Assembly (NCBI GenBank): GCA_051530055.1
Contig: CM121342.1
Location: 12,105,480 to 12,169,479 of the forward strand
Direction: 5' to 3'
Source: Neoechinorhynchus agilis
Taxonomy: Eukaryota; Animalia; Acanthocephala
DNA length: 64,000 nt
The notes beneath the pieces are model-generated. The model was not told where the DNA came from and searched no databases. It was given only the letters and a program-made list of their open reading frames with translations. A program made the position numbers and the translations under genes. Below are positions 1 through 10,697 of the stretch, one piece after another (within the stretch, counting starts at the first letter, position 1; the number at the start of each line of letters is the position of its first letter).

Positions 1-1190
1 CGAAGAGCCCATTTTTTGTGTATTAGCTTCAAGTTGGATGTCACCGTCGTTTGGTGAGCATAGCTTTGCGTTGATGGAATCGAGGATCGCCTTTAATTCA
101 GAGGCTGACAAGTATGCGAAAGGTTGAGGGTTCCGTAGCCCCGGGCAACTTTTGATTGTATGCCACCAATGTGCGTTTCCCGTGGAGCGAATTCTGGACG
201 AGAGATATTCTTTGCGGGCATTCATTATTTTTATAGAAAGCGTGGATTGTAGGCGTGACAAATCGGGCGAATTTTTATGGAAAGCCGGCAATGGTTTGTT
301 GTTGGAGTAGCTTCAGAAGAGGGCTGAGCCAGGGCGGGTCACGGTTAGTGATTTTAACAAATTTCTTGGGGATGCAAGAGGATAAGCAATACCCAATCGC
401 CGAAGTAAGGTCGGACATCGTAACAGATGGATCTTGTGCATTACCAATAGGGATAAAGGGAACCACAGATTTGTACATTTCTACGAATTTGAAGATGTGA
501 TGATCCCGTTTGTCCCAGACGGGAACTGCTGGATATTTGATACGAGGAGGTGGGTTAGAAGTGGAGACGAGGACGCAGGAGTGATCTGAGTTGGCGAGTG
601 GCGGTAGTTTAGTAGCGATTGTGTAGGCTTGTATGTTGGAGAACACTTTGTCGAGGCGGGTTGGCGAGTGACGGTAGTTTAGTAGCGGTTGTGTAGGCTT
701 GTATGTTGGAGAACACTTTGTCGAGGCGGGATTTTGCCATGCAGGAAATTTGACGAGTTGATGCAGGTCAGAGAGTGGCGTGAGTTGAAAAAGGTTGTTA
801 AAGTCGCCTGCAATGAGGAAGTGGTGTGAATTGTTGCTGTTGAACAAATCCATCAGTTTTTCCCGCGATAGAGAACTCTCGAAAGCCGTTTCTTAAGTGG
901 GTGGAGAGATGAATGGCAATGAACTCAAGGTCGGGGTGTTGTAGGGAACCTACGCGGGATATTGAATAAGGCAGTAGAGTGCGAACAAAGATTGAGATTC
1001 CTCCCCCTGTTTTGTCTTCGCGATAAGAGTGAAACGCTGAGAACCCGGGCCGGATGGCGGAGTCCTTGTTCATAAGGGTAAGCCATGTTACGGTTATTAT
1101 TATGATATCCGCATTGGTGTTTACTGGCATATTTATAACCTCATCGAGTTTGGGAAGAAGGTTGCGGGCATTTGAGTAAAGTATCCTAGG
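1..1190 (-). mobile_element. Degenerate CR1/L2-type non-LTR retrotransposon ORF2 (APE endonuclease and linker), runs off window start
   Basis: Translated motifs ILYSNARNLLPKLDE, KTGGGISIFVR, FLIAGDFN, RLDKVF and NSDHSCVLV across frames; frameshifted. Confidence 0.85.
590..730. repeat. Two-copy tandem duplication of about 70 bp inside the LINE
   Basis: GTTGGCGAGTGRCGGTAGTTTAGTAGCGRTTGTGTAGGCTTGTATGTTGGAGAACACTTTGTCGAGGCGG occurs twice back to back. Confidence 0.95.
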
Positions 1191-1696
1191 AAAGTATATT
1201 TTCTTTCTTCTAGGATTGAGGCGATGATTTGTTGAGACCGACTTGGCGTCAGTTTTTTGCAGTTTATCTGAATCACTAACGATTAAATTTACAAGTCCAT
1301 TTCGATCTATATTTTAACCTGGTAGGCATTACATGAACTTCCTTATCACATGTTATTGAACGCTTTCATGTGGACGCTACTTAAAACTATGAGGTTTATA
1401 ACTGCACAAATAGATCATTTATCTTTTTTCACTTGAGTTTGGTGGTTAAACGGCGACAGCGTCAAAGTTATGAAGCGATCGAAACACGCGGAACTAATAA
1501 CGAAAATCACCACAAATATAGCCGTCATTCGTAAATGCGTCATTTGATCAATTATAGCACAAACTAGAAAAATTAATCGATTGATCTCACCCTGCATTCC
1601 CCTTCGCTCAGATACTCTCTCTACTAAAGATTTACTCGCAAGTAAAAGATCTAATACTAAAAACTAAAGAGTAAACTACTTTCATCGACTCCTGAA

Positions 1697-2046
1697 CTAG
1701 CTTGGTGGACTGAGGATAGCAGCAGGATCAACATTAGAGGCAACCACGTCGACTAACTCGGCCTTGAATTCCGAATTTTGTTCAAATAAGATATTTGCTT
1801 CAATGTCGTAATAGTCGCTACCATTGAGACGGATCTAGAGGCGGACGAAGCGTAAGGAATAGGTTTAAATACGATAAAGAAGCTTACCCTGATGCTCATG
1901 GAAAAACCATTTCCTTCAATAGCACCAATAATATATCTTGTGGCAATAATGTCACAGCATCCGGAACGTCCGATGGTCATGCAAATGTCTCGTTTCATGT
2001 ATTCCACAACTCCTTGTACCAATGAATTCGCGATTTGAATGCTCAT
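1697..2046 (-). CDS. Hypothetical two-exon protein of about 98 aa (exons 2046-1888, 1834-1697)
   Basis: Phase-0 53 nt GTAAGC...CCTCTAG intron joins ...GFSMSIR to IRLNGSDYY...PPS*. No recognised family; may have upstream exons. Confidence 0.55.
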
Positions 2047-3069
2047 TTCTGTTCAGCGATACGAGATGATTTCGAACAAGAATAGATGAACTCAAGAGAC
2101 TTAACCATCTTTGCGTGATGCGCAAACAACATTAAACAACAAAGACGCTCAATCTTGATTATATTGTAAACAAATAAAGCGCTTTTATACATGTTATTTG
2201 TCAAGACGATCGAATTTTGCGAGATTGAAGATTGCCTAAGTTGTTCATTTGGCTCTGAGTGTTTATTACATAAACTGTTTGTTGTATCCACTTTCCCCTT
2301 CCGTTTGATAGTGAAAGTTCGAGCGTAAGTGAACATTTTAATCACGACATTTCGTTTAATTTAGAAAAACCAACTCGTTAGGATTATATTATCAAAATCC
2401 ACAAGGAAGCGTTGGATACTTTTTCGCAATGAGAGCTCATCTCACAACCCCATCCCCTACCCGGAGTTTTCAAATGACATCCCCCGAGTAACCTTCTTAA
2501 GAATTCCGAAAACCCAGAAGTACATGATTCCTCTTCTTTATTCAATAATAAAATGTGTTATTGCTTTCTTATTGCTTAAAATGTTTACATTGCGGTAAAT
2601 ACTAGATGGTCAATGTATCCAAATTGGAAAGGCGTGCTATCTTCAAGCTGTGTGTTTCTGGTTATTGTACGCACAGAAGCATACTTATAAGTAGCTTTAT
2701 GCTCAAATTTTAAGAATACGTTCGAGTTCATTGAAAATTATCTGATTGTGTGCGATAAGCAAATCATGATATATTTTCTACATCAACAATTCTCCACACA
2801 TTTATAACCCGTTCATAATAACTGTATAAATATTTTTGAAACCATTTACCTCAAGCATATTTTAATCATCACTTTTAATTGGCTATGTTCGAAGCCATTG
2901 AAGCGCCGCAACAATTCGCAAAGTTTCTAACAGTAACAAAAATTTGTGAGAAACAAGAGTTGAGAGGAAAAATCTAAAAACGAGATTTTTAAAACGGAGC
3001 AACCGCGATCGTCCAGATGAAATTTATTTGACATTTAGAATGGTATCATAGATGTGCGTGTGAAAAACC

Positions 3070-3136
3070 GAGTTCGACGTTTCAGATCGTAGTTGCCCGA
3101 AGGTTTGAACTGCGGTCGTCATAATGTTCGATTCTC
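3070..3136 (-). promoter_or_regulatory. SECIS element (form 2) in SELENOT 3' UTR
   Basis: Minus strand: ATGAC-GACCGCAGTT-CAAA-CC-TTCG-GG-C-AACTACGATC-TGAA. It has the AUGA/GA core, a 10 bp helix II (8 pairs), an unpaired AAA and an apical ministem, starting about 10 nt after the stop codon. Confidence 0.85.
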
Positions 3137-3146
3137 GTTCACACAA

Positions 3147-3743
3147 CTACGTGGATACTCCGGATATTCCTTGCAGAAGTTCATTAAGATTAGGCAGCCG
3201 ACCAGTTTCGAGTTTTGAGAATATTCGCTGATCATTAAGAAACACTTCAAACGCGCCTGTCGCTAAGCACGAGCTTTCTATGGTTCCAATGACCAAGAAC
3301 AACAAAGCACAAGCATATCCTCGGTTGTTCAGAGCCCATGTGTAGGCTCTAGCAAAAAGACTGGTGGTTGTAGATATTGGAATTTGGTTACCGGTCGCAA
3401 TGAGCGCTATTATAGCGAACTTTAAATAAAACAGAACGCTTGCAAGTTTGGAACGCCACTGTGGAGGTGGATAATTGGATCCAATGACCTCCATTGTGGG
3501 ATACTGCGTCTGAATAGCTCGTTTGAACTGCTCAAACGCGTTTCTGTATCCTCAGGATTGACAATGCATTATTGATAGAATGTTAAGACGATCGGAGGTC
3601 GACACAGCTCTCATTGTAGGTTGGTGGCTTCGTTGACGGTTTTTTATCGCTGTTTTTTGGGTGTTGGATTGGGGTGACCAAATATCCAAAAAAGTAACTA
3701 TGATGAGCAAAACAGCAAGCAGAGATTTCTCGGCTTTTGTCAT
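3147..3743 (-). CDS. SELENOT: Selenoprotein T, intronless, 198 aa, Sec encoded by TGA at 3554-3552
   Basis: ORFs 3552..3743 and 3147..3494 are one frame joined through TGA: signal-like N-terminus, then C-Q-S-U-G-Y-R-N-A-F-E-Q-F... VIGSNYPPP... GAFEVFLND... FSKLETGRLP, matching the SelT CxxU Rdx fold. Confidence 0.93.
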
Positions 3744-4696
3744 ATGTCTTCAAGAAAGAGAGAGGGAGAAAAAGTGAGTCGCTTTCGTGTACACACAGTC
3801 GGTGACGAGAGGAGCTGAGTAACGGACTAGAAGATCTCGTTGAGTATTTAGATTTATCGACGATGAAATTTGATTCGAGTACAAGGTTTATGCATTCGTC
3901 AGAAATTTTCGAATAATAGACCACTGCCTTCCTTTGCTTAAAGGTAGATTTAAAAATCATTAAGAAGACTCACCATAATATTGATTTTAAGCTACAGATC
4001 TTTTTGTATAACAACTAAATAACGCGTCTTTTGTTCTCCGATGTGGACGCGATCTAAATTTAACTTAGACTCCGATAATTTGTTAAATTTCTAATATTGA
4101 CAAGAGCGTCTAATAGTACGAGACGATGTTATTTGCTCTCGTCTTGTCCAGCATAGCCTATTTTTTTATAAAAAATGTGCAATGTAGCGTTCAAAAAGAA
4201 GACGCAAGAGGTAATAAATGGTTTATCCAATATCTGCATTCGACACCAAATACAGAAAGGAATTCTCTTGAAATCGTATACGCATTGAAGTAGCTCCGAA
4301 ATAAGGTTCGGATTATTTAAAATTATTTATTTCATAATAAAATAAATAATATTTTCACGTCACTAAGTACGAAATCGGGAAAAATGGATTTTAAACGAAA
4401 CACTGCAAATCAAAATTTTTCACGGGAATCTGAAGTAACGAATTTTGCATTCGTTATTAAAGGAAATGGAGAGAGTGAATTAGAACCTCAGACGCCTACG
4501 ATAAGAGAGGGTATACAGTTCAGTCTAAGACACAGTTTTAACCTGCACCGACTCGAATCGCAGTATGCTTAAATTATATCCATTTGACGCAAGTAATAGG
4601 AAGATAAAGTAATTGCAAATATGACGAACAGTGCCGGATTTCATAACCTTTATCCCAATTTCACGGTTTATCAACAAAACCTGACAACAAAACTAT

Positions 4697-7600
4697 CTAT
4701 TCCTCATCACTTGAACTTTCATAATCTTCCTCGAGTACATCGGGCAAAGGATACCTAAGAATCGCTGCGATGCCACCGAGCTGATCAAGCTGTAATCCAG
4801 TTTGATGAAGCGTGGAAAATATTTTTGCTTTACCGCCAACTGCCTTTACCAAATCCATCATATCTACAACCATTTTGCGATGTTCAGCAGTTCCTGATTT
4901 TAAAAAACGATCTGTGACGAACATTGTCTCAATTGCTTGGCATTCATTTGCACGAGAAACATGTCGATGTCCATAGAACGCCTTTGCGGGATTAGAGGCG
5001 AGAAGCTCGTAAAATTCAGCCATCAGTTTAACATCCTCAACTGCCTTTGTATTCGCAAGTCGCTTCATCACGGTTGGATCCCTCAGAACTTCATCAACTG
5101 AATGCTTAAAACCGGTTGAACAATGACAAAGTAGGAATTTGCTTCTGTTGTCTTGAATTGTTTTCATCACTGAATCCTTGCATGCTAACGTGCTCGTCGT
5201 CTGCTTTAGATATTCAAAAAATTGATCTTTAATAAAGCCAGGACTGGCAAGGATGCACACTTTAACAACCTCAAAATTAACATGTCGTCCAATTGATTGA
5301 AGGATGTTGTCAAAGAATTTATTAAGCGCCTTGTCATGATTATTGGTGAATCCTTTTCGTTTTCGTGGAACTGATAACGTCACGTGGGCCATCACAACTG
5401 ACATTGTAGATGTTACGAGGCAAACGTTTGCTATACCTTCCTGCATTACGATGGCAGCAATATCCGCGTTAGTGGTAATATCGGTAGATTCTTTGAGCAA
5501 ATCCAAAGACACTGAATCCCAATATTCCTTTCGTATTGATATCGCATGATTTGGTTCCACAGCCGCGCTTCTCTGATCCGTAAGTTCGAGAAAAGCCTTT
5601 TAATCGTTTCCCCCGTCATTTATACGGATATTAAGCTTGAATCCGAATCGGAATAGCAAATCTTTTTGAGGCACTTTAACGAGCAAGACCGAAGAGCTGG
5701 GTAAGATGTTAATAAAAAGACGAGTGGATATTTGCGCTATGCAAAAGACACGATGAAGTGGCGCAAAGGCACACGATATGGAACAAGAACGAGATGAGAA
5801 CGGATATAAACTATTTTATGGTGGTACGAGGGGCACACATAATCGGGTTGGGATCGCAATCTCCGAACGATTTCGGGATTCGCTACAAGAAGTACATCGC
5901 TTCGATGACCGCCTGATGAAATTGACCTTAATCCTGCCTCAGAGAAAAGTTCACTTCTTTTCTGCATATGCGCCGCAGACCAGGCTTGGAGATCACGAAA
6001 TAGAGAAACGTTTTGGGAAATGCTGGATCATCGCATACGTGAAATTCCTGAAGATTAAAGAAGCGGACGGAAATCGTTCCCACGGTGAAAAAGGATTTGG
6101 TAAGAGAAACATTGATGGAGAACGAATCCTTATGTTTGTTGACTCACAGATTTGGTATGCAGTCCGTCAACACAAAATCCCTGAACAATTGATCGAATGG
6201 GTAACATTGCTCTACCGAAATCCAAAGAGCCGTGTCAGGAATGTGGCAGGAATCTCAAAACCATAGCCGATAAGCGTTGGAGTTCATCAGGGAAGTGCAC
6301 TGCCGCCTTTACTGTTTATCTTAGTAATGGATGCGATAACTTCAGATATCCAACGCCCAGCGCCGTTCACAATACTGTATGCCGATGACGTTCTCCTAGT
6401 ATCTGAAGACAAAGAGAAGCTTCAAAGAGTGGTCCAAGTATGGAGAGACAGATTGGCGAGATTCGGTTTAAAGATGAACCTGACGAAAACACAATATCTA
6501 ACAACCGATCAACAAACGAAAAGACACATTTAACACAGACAAAATCAATTTGCCGCGCGCGTTGACCACTTCAAATACCTAGGGTCGACAATATCAAATG
6601 ACCGCGATCTATAGTGGGAAATAACAAATAGAATCAGCGCAATTTGGATGAAATAGCGGTCAGCAACTGTCGTCCTGTGTGATCGGCGAATGAAGACGCA
6701 CCTCAAGTCGAGGATTTATCGCTCAGTACTTCGCCCGTGGCACTATATGGAGCCGAATGCTGGCCAATCATCAAGAACGACGAACATCGCCCAAGCGTCA
6801 TGGAGACAAAGATGCTAAGATGGATGAGCGGCATCACATTGTCCGACCATGTCAATCATCCGACGACATTCGAAATCGCTTCGGTGTTATGACGATCAAG
6901 GATAAAATGCGTGAGGCCCAACGGAGATGGTACAGTTATTTGATGCGTGCAAATGGGACCTCTCTCGCGAAGAAAGGATTGACCGTCGAAGTTAACGGAA
7001 AGCGCCCAAGAGGGAAGGCTCTCGATCGGGACAAGTCGAAGCAAAAGTCCTCAACAGTCGACCCCGTCTCCGAACGGAAAGGCTAAGAAAAAGAAGAAGA
7101 AAGCCTCATCAGTCAACTAAAAAGATGTTATCTTGAATTATTGTCTTCGATGGAGGGAAGTATACTTTCGTTTTCTTAGTTTTGCCACCTACTATTTAGA
7201 AATTCACTAATTTATTTCCGATATTTCACGTCGGATAATTCGGACATTTTCTCAAGGTTTGTCATTGTTTGACAAACAAACTTACTTTGTAATAACTTTC
7301 AAACAATGACAAAAACCTTCAGGAAAATGTCGGAATTATCTCCGACGTGAAATATCGGGGAAATAAAGTAGTGAATTTTTGAATCCTAGGTGGCAAAACT
7401 AAGAAAAAGAAAATATACTTCCCCCGTCGAAGTCAATAATTCAAGATAATATCTTTTTAGTTGACTGATGAGGCTTTATCTTTCATAAAATCTTTCAAAT
7501 CAATAAAATATGTTTTCCCCAAGGTTGATTATGATCACCATGCATCTCCAACCACATAATCCCGGAGGATTTTCTCTCGATGATTTAAAGTTATTCAATA

Positions 7601-8037
7601 TTCAGAAATTACGAGAATAAGTTGAGTGCAGATTTAAAAATCCTGGGCCGCTGTAGTTATGCCACATTAATCTTTTACACTGTGGGAAAAACGGTGAATA
7701 ATGTCCTTAAAAGTTCTTCAAAGAAGCCCAGCATTACGGTGATTGTATGATATGCACCCAATTTGATATACTCGTTTTCCTGACAGTTTTTTCCTCTTAT
7801 TCTTATCGATTTGGTTTCGGAATCAATTGTTTCAACCACGATACAGACGGATGTTTTGACCTTCGTTGTCTGAGGATTGGAACTGTTTTCGTTCAAGACA
7901 ACTTTACGATAACTGGTCGCCTTCACGGTATCATTGGGTTGGATTAATTGGTAAATATACCAAATATCTTCAGAGTTCTCAGGAACCAATTTGGCGTGCC
8001 CGGAACCTTTGTCAATACGCTTTCCAAGTATTTTCAT
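4697..8037 (-). CDS. PELO: Pelota (eRF1-like ribosome rescue factor), about 387 aa; exons 8037-7738 and about 5560-4697
   Basis: MKILGKRIDK...ENEYIKLGAYHTIT plus VEPN...WDSV...AAIVMQEG...ASPGFIKDQF...QLDQLGGIAAILRYP matches pelota end to end. It is interrupted by a 2.18 kb insert. Confidence 0.93.
5640..7100 (+). mobile_element. Internally deleted RTE-clade non-LTR retrotransposon, antisense within the PELO insert
   Basis: Endonuclease motifs (RRVDICAMQ, YKLFYGG...RVGIAI, FSAYAPQ); RT motifs (GVHQGSAL, ILYADDVLL, FGLKMNLTKTQYL, FKYLGS); 3' AAG-rich tail at 7085-7100. Confidence 0.9.
7099..7477. mobile_element. Fold-back (palindromic) element of about 380 bp, arms about 175 bp
   Basis: AAAGCCTCATCAGTCAACTAAAAAGATGTTATCTTGAATTATTG... 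is mirrored by ...CAATAATTCAAGATAATATCTTTTTAGTTGACTGATGAGGCTTT. Shorter relatives lie at 20650-20740 and 35135-35340. Confidence 0.9.
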
Positions 8038-8449
8038 CTACTGAAGATTTGCTCACAAACACACAGCTCACAAAGCGTTCATTATAGATTCTTACAAACC
8101 GAAAGACAACGAGTCCAAATACGTTTTTTATCCAAACACGAAATTTCCAAAGATTTGGCCATTTCGCTGTTGAGGGATCGCTCGATCTTTGTCGCCTTGA
8201 GACTACCATCGGAACCCATTTAATTTTTGCGCTACCGAAATAAAGGTTGTCTTACGATTTGAAAGTATCGAATGAAGCTCATCAATTAAATCTTTTCGGT
8301 GAGATCCTGAAGAGTATATTTATGCAACTTTTTGGACGTCTATATTTTGTCTGAGGATTATCCCGAAGGGTCATCCTTTTCCTTCCGCCATAATATTGCA
8401 ATTTAACTAGGAAATGCCGCCAGCTTAAGTTGATTCTTTTACTGAATTT

Positions 8450-8720
8450 TTGTTTGTGGTGCAGTCCCCAGGGGGAGCGGTTACTGCCGCTGAGGATCGA
8501 GAGGTGGCGAAATATAGAGAATTAAGTAGGTCACCCTTTGGAGTGGAGACTCTTGGTGCGCTCTTTAGCTCGGCACTTAGATTTATGAAGGAGTTATCGA
8601 GTAGACTCCAGGCCAAGACAGGAAATACAAGAGCTGGAGCCTTCCTACGCCAAAACATTGGTCTCGCGATCCAAAGAGGAAACACAGAGAGTGTAGTCGC
8701 GACCACTGAGGGGAGCTCTT
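8450..8720 (+). mobile_element. 3' fragment of a CRE-like (restriction-endonuclease-type) non-LTR retrotransposon
   Basis: GGAVTAAEDREVAKY...PFGVETLGA...RQNIGLAIQRGN, homologous to ORF 12214..12918. Confidence 0.8.
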
Positions 8721-8829
8721 CTTCGTGGACGGTGGTGATTCTTGAAACGTTTTGTTGTTGTGTGTAAATGAAAGAGTTGATTTCAAAAAAAATTCTTTTA
8801 TTCTTAAATGGCCAAAGCGATTTTTTTGG

Positions 8830-8905
8830 ACATGAAATCATTCACATCACCGCTCTGGATCACTCAACTGCAGTCCTGGTGTAACGGTTGAAAGGACGGA
8901 CGCAG
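8830..8905 (+). repeat. Dispersed repeat of about 80 bp, copy 1
   Basis: CATGAAATCATTCACATCACCGCTCTGGATCACT...GTCCTGGTGTAACGGTTGAAAGGACGGACGCAGCG; near-identical copy at 13103-13190. Confidence 0.85.
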
Positions 8906-9113
8906 CGCACATGGCCGGATGATAAAGAAAATCTTTATCGTTACAGCATTAATCTTCCAAGTTTAAATTTTCGAAAAAAACTTGATCAATCATGCGTTTG
9001 GAAAATCAAGTAGTATTTCACAAGACCGAATATTAAAAAGTGACCAAAAAGCTGAGAAATTGTATTTGAAACATTTTTCATGTGCTCATTAACTCAATTT
9101 AGAAAAACATTAC

Positions 9114-9298
9114 TTCAATTTCAATTAGCGATATTAACTCAGAAATAGATTTATATTGAAAATTTTCGGCCTTTTCGTTTGCCTCCTTCAGTCAGAAATT
9201 TTTCTTCGAAAACAATCTGACTGAAGAAGGCCAACGAAAAGGCCGAAAATTTTCAGTATAAATCTATTTCTGAGTGAATATCGCTAATTGAAATTGAA
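9114..9298. mobile_element. Palindromic element (arms about 85 bp) containing hammerhead-like cores
   Basis: TTCAATTTCAATTAGCGATATTAACTCAGAAATAGATTTATA...TTTTCGGCC is mirrored by GGCCGAAAA...TATAAATCTATTTCTGAGTGAATATCGCTAATTGAAATTGAA. Relatives at 36625-36675, 41223-41370 and 44861-44945. Confidence 0.9.
9217..9256 (+). ncRNA. Minimal type I hammerhead-ribozyme-like motif (Penelope/retrozyme type)
   Basis: CTGA-CTGAAGA-A-GGCC-AACGAAAA-GGCC-GAAA-ATTT-TCAG: stem I CTGA/TCAG, CUGANGA and GAAA cores, stem II GGCC/GGCC, loopless palindromic stem III. One extra A after the core; cleavage triplet would be UUU. Confidence 0.5.
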
Positions 9299-10070
9299 AC
9301 AATAATGATTAATTTCTTTACAAAAACATTACTACTATTTAGGGAAATGTTTCTCTTCTACACAAAATTTTATGAGCTCAAATGATTAAAAGTTCGAGTT
9401 TCTTTACTCGCTGGACTATTGGCTAAATGACTTTAAAGTGAAACTTACAATAACATTGCGCCTAGAGCATACGTTTTACCTTGATCGATTAAAGGTATTC
9501 GATTACCAATTCTTAGTAGTCGTTCGGTTGACCTCGTTCTTCTTTGTTGTACACAGTTTTTAAATCATTTCTAACTGTAATCATCAAGAGAAATCCTTCG
9601 GGGTGATAGGGTTGGAGATGTGGAGATCAGAGGAAAAACACATATTTCGAATTGAGATATTTCGAAAGATTAAAAAAATTGTCATCGCGTCTAAATACGG
9701 CTTAATGTTTTCTCTAATTTTATGGCTTGACACTCGTGTTCCTTTCAATTGTCATGAGATTTGTTCAACATTCATAGCCTCAGACGACGTGTAATGTACT
9801 ATGCAGCTAAAGAAGTTAAGCTCTGAGGACAATTGAAACCTAGTCTTAGAAACGTTGAATGGACCATCTCAGTCACAAATGTGAAGTTAGATAACAGATA
9901 CAAGAGGGACTTTTTAATGCAGAAATATAATTTATTGGAAGACAAAACGCGTTTCAACGAAAAGATCCAATCGCCCCATGAGGACATGAAAGGCGATTAC
10001 ACTTGTTTTCCAGGCGACATTGCGATAATTCTAATTAGTTTTGCCACTTTTAAACCGAATCAAGTTGACT

Positions 10071-10697
10071 TCAAACTGGGTCCGTTTGAACGCCCATGGA
10101 GCGTAAAGATTTTGACAACAGTCGCAGTGTCGAAGAGTGGCATCTTTTTTGATGGGTTTTGAGTGCGTCCGAACGAGTGAATGGTTTTTGACACTGAGGA
10201 CACTGATATTTTGTTTTGTCGTTTGTATGATTAATGAAATGCCTTCGAAGACTATTGGCAGAAGAATAATGTTTCGGACATTCAGGGCACTTGTATCTCG
10301 TTACACCATCGATAGTCTGGATTGCTTCTGATGTTCGCAATGACTGTTTAAAGAAATCGCAAGATAAAGAGGAAACTGTGGGAAATTGATGCTGGAAGCT
10401 TGCAAGGAAAGGAGCTGTTGTGTGTTGTGATGTTAACGTCCCCAAAAGGAGTTCCGGTGCTTGTTGAAATATCAGCGACCAATAAAATGAACATGCCGCA
10501 TAGTTCATCATGGATAAAACCCAACTTTGGTCAATAATATGGTCAGATAAAGTTGAGTTGAAAGTACAACCAGTACTGTCTGAACAGCACATTTTAATTC
10601 GTTTGCTTTTATGGTCTCCAGCGGGACTGTGTCTTCGTTTTCGTGATTCAGTTCGTTGCCCGTCAACAAAACTCACATTTTGCTCATCCTTATGCAT
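10071..10697 (-). CDS. C2H2 zinc-finger protein (two fingers), about 208 aa
   Basis: YKCPECPKHYSSANSLRRHFINHTNDKTKYQCPQCQKPFTRSDALKTHQKRCH, with a basic NLS-like segment near the N-terminus. Exon structure uncertain. Confidence 0.75.
   Translation of the reverse strand: MHKDEQNVSFVDGQRTESRKRRHSPAGDHKSKRIKMCCSDSTGCTFNSTLSDHIIDQSWVLSMMNYAACSFYWSLIFQQAPELLLGTLTSQHTTAPFLASFQHQFPTVSSLSCDFFKQSLRTSEAIQTIDGVTRYKCPECPKHYSSANSLRRHFINHTNDKTKYQCPQCQKPFTRSDALKTHQKRCHSSTLRLLSKSLRSMGVQTDPV

Larger units (their letters stand above)
5561..7737 (-). other. Hairpin-closed intervening sequence in PELO (putative non-canonical intron)
   Basis: Arms GCTGGGCTTCTTTGA (7732-7718) and TCAGAGAAGCGCGGC (5576-5562) pair (15 bp, 1 mismatch, 2 G.U). 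Removing 7737-5561 restores HTIT-VEPN. Ends are GT...CT. Confidence 0.7.
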
